A stretch of 64,000 nucleotides of DNA, taken from positions 499,917 through 563,916 of the forward strand of contig CAVWBJ010000001.1 in NCBI GenBank assembly GCA_963753235.1, given 5' to 3'. How positions within the stretch are numbered: position 1 is the stretch's first letter; every line of letters starts with the position of its first letter. Origin of the DNA: an uncultured Solirubrobacteraceae bacterium. Its GTDB lineage: Bacteria; Actinomycetota; Thermoleophilia; Solirubrobacterales; Solirubrobacteraceae. Shown piece after piece: positions 63,337-64,000 of the stretch. Below the pieces are notes generated by a model. The model did no database searches. It saw only the letters and a program-made list of their open reading frames with translations, and was not told the DNA's origin. Both the position numbers and the translations under genes were made by a program.

Positions 63337-63399
63337 GTGCGTTTGCGCGACAACCTCCGACCTGAGGGGGACTCCCGGGTGGAGGTGGTGCCCGGATGA
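63337..63399 (+). CDS. Candidate 20-codon upstream ORF with a consensus Shine-Dalgarno
   Basis: AGGAGG (63324..63329) lies 7 nt before GTG 63337. The ORF encodes VRLRDNLRPEGDSRVEVVPG and its stop is 22 nt before the methyltransferase GTG. The SD GGAGGTTG can pair with CAACCTCC inside the ORF (63351..63358). Confidence 0.25.
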   Translation: MRLRDNLRPEGDSRVEVVPG

Positions 63400-63421
63400 T
63401 GCCTGCCGCTAGGTTGCGCTG

Positions 63422-64000
63422 GTGCGCGACTACTACGAGGAGCTGTGGGAGCGCCTGCCGGACGACCTGGACCCGCCTGACCTGGCCCTGCGGACCGGGT
63501 TTGCCCGGTCTTCGATCTCCCCGGCCGACCGCGTGCTGGACCTGGGCTGCGGTGCGGGCGATCTCACCGCGGAGCTGGCCCGGGTGGCTGGTTCGGTGGT
63601 GGGGGTCGATGTGGCCGAGGCGGCCCTGGGCCGGGCGCGCCGGCGCCACCCGGAGATCACGTTCCTGCGGGCCGAGATCGACGGCGAGCTTCCGGTTCAG
63701 GACAACGGGTTCGACGTCGTGTGGTCCAGCGAGGTCATTGAGCACGTGGCCGACACCGCCCGCTGGCTGTCTGAGATCCGCCGGGTGCTGCGCCCGGGGG
63801 GGCGGCTGCTGCTGACCACGCCCAGCCATGGCCGGCTCAAGCTGCTGGTCGGCGGGCTGGAGCGGTACTCAGAGCCACTCGGCGATCACCTGCACCTGTA
63901 CACGGCGCGGTCGCTGCGGGCGGTGCTGATGGAGTTTGACTTCGCTCAGGTGGAGGTGCGCGCCGCCGGCGGATGGCCTCTGTGGCGGCGTCTGCTCCTG
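63422..64000 (+). CDS. Class I SAM-dependent methyltransferase (3' end outside the window)
   Basis: This frame is open to the window edge and is not in the ORF track. By hand translation it reads VRDYYEELWERL...RVLDLGCGAGDLTAELA...VVGVDVAEAAL...FDVVWSSEVIEHV...LRPGGRLLLTTP (motifs I, II and post-I of Methyltransf_11-like enzymes). Confidence 0.8.
   Translation, partial: MRDYYEELWERLPDDLDPPDLALRTGFARSSISPADRVLDLGCGAGDLTAELARVAGSVVGVDVAEAALGRARRRHPEITFLRAEIDGELPVQDNGFDVVWSSEVIEHVADTARWLSEIRRVLRPGGRLLLTTPSHGRLKLLVGGLERYSEPLGDHLHLYTARSLRAVLMEFDFAQVEVRAAGGWPLWRRLLL

Noticed and set aside
63082-63412. Track ORFs 63082..63321 (79 aa), 63146..63412 (88 aa) and 62930..63304 (minus strand, 124 aa) in the GDPD/methyltransferase intergenic region.
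   Set aside because: They run through the long hairpin and the lower-GC promoter region. They have poor G/C third-position bias and no motifs, and they are mutually overlapping alternatives.
1-64000. Mobile elements, prophage, CRISPR arrays, toxin-antitoxin pairs, defence islands and biosynthetic gene clusters.
   Set aside because: I found no integrase, transposase, recombinase, Cas, reverse transcriptase, phage structural, PKS/NRPS or RiPP-maturase signatures in any frame I read. There are no spaced direct-repeat arrays. The only atypical-composition segment (39479..40600) lacks flanking repeats or mobility genes.

Overview
High-G+C, gene-dense chromosomal window with about 64 supportable CDS, which by content looks like an Actinomycetota core chromosome, possibly Thermoleophilia-like (inference only). 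I found no rRNA, tRNA, CRISPR array, transposase, integrase or prophage genes. Most long ORFs in the six-frame track that lie antisense to the genes below are Arg/Gly/Pro-rich high-GC artefacts. The content is mostly housekeeping. It includes three consecutive GT-C membrane glycosyltransferases, otsB-GT4-lgt, PolX, trxA, ileS, fumC, an S53 peptidase, a TPP enzyme, a SpoIID-domain protein, a 5'-3' exonuclease, ychF, rarA and a large SF2 helicase. There is also a long translationally coupled plus-strand operon (sirC-moaC-mog-ccmABCD-hemA-hemC-cobA/hemD) followed by a deacetylase, a DUF62 SAM hydrolase and birA. The most interesting signals sit in the few long, visibly lower-G+C intergenic regions. 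(1) A very good c-di-GMP-I (GEMM-I) riboswitch lies on the minus strand at about 55.55-55.65 kb. It leads a secreted protein of unknown function and is divergent from an HD-GYP phosphodiesterase gene. (2) A second membrane HD-GYP gene sits next to two tandem MerR paralogs with His-less B12-binding-like domains, a structured 341-bp leader region and a BldC-like small HTH gene. (3) A cytochrome b6-like gene has no adjacent Rieske or cytochrome c gene. It is overlap-coupled to an unlisted 54-codon single-TM ORF upstream and a 336-aa membrane protein downstream. (4) A phosphoribosyltransferase gene has its conserved N-terminus encoded upstream of any canonical start codon. (5) Several strong hairpins, repeats and Shine-Dalgarno-led mini-ORFs are present. 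All family assignments come from reading motifs in the translations; no database search was run.
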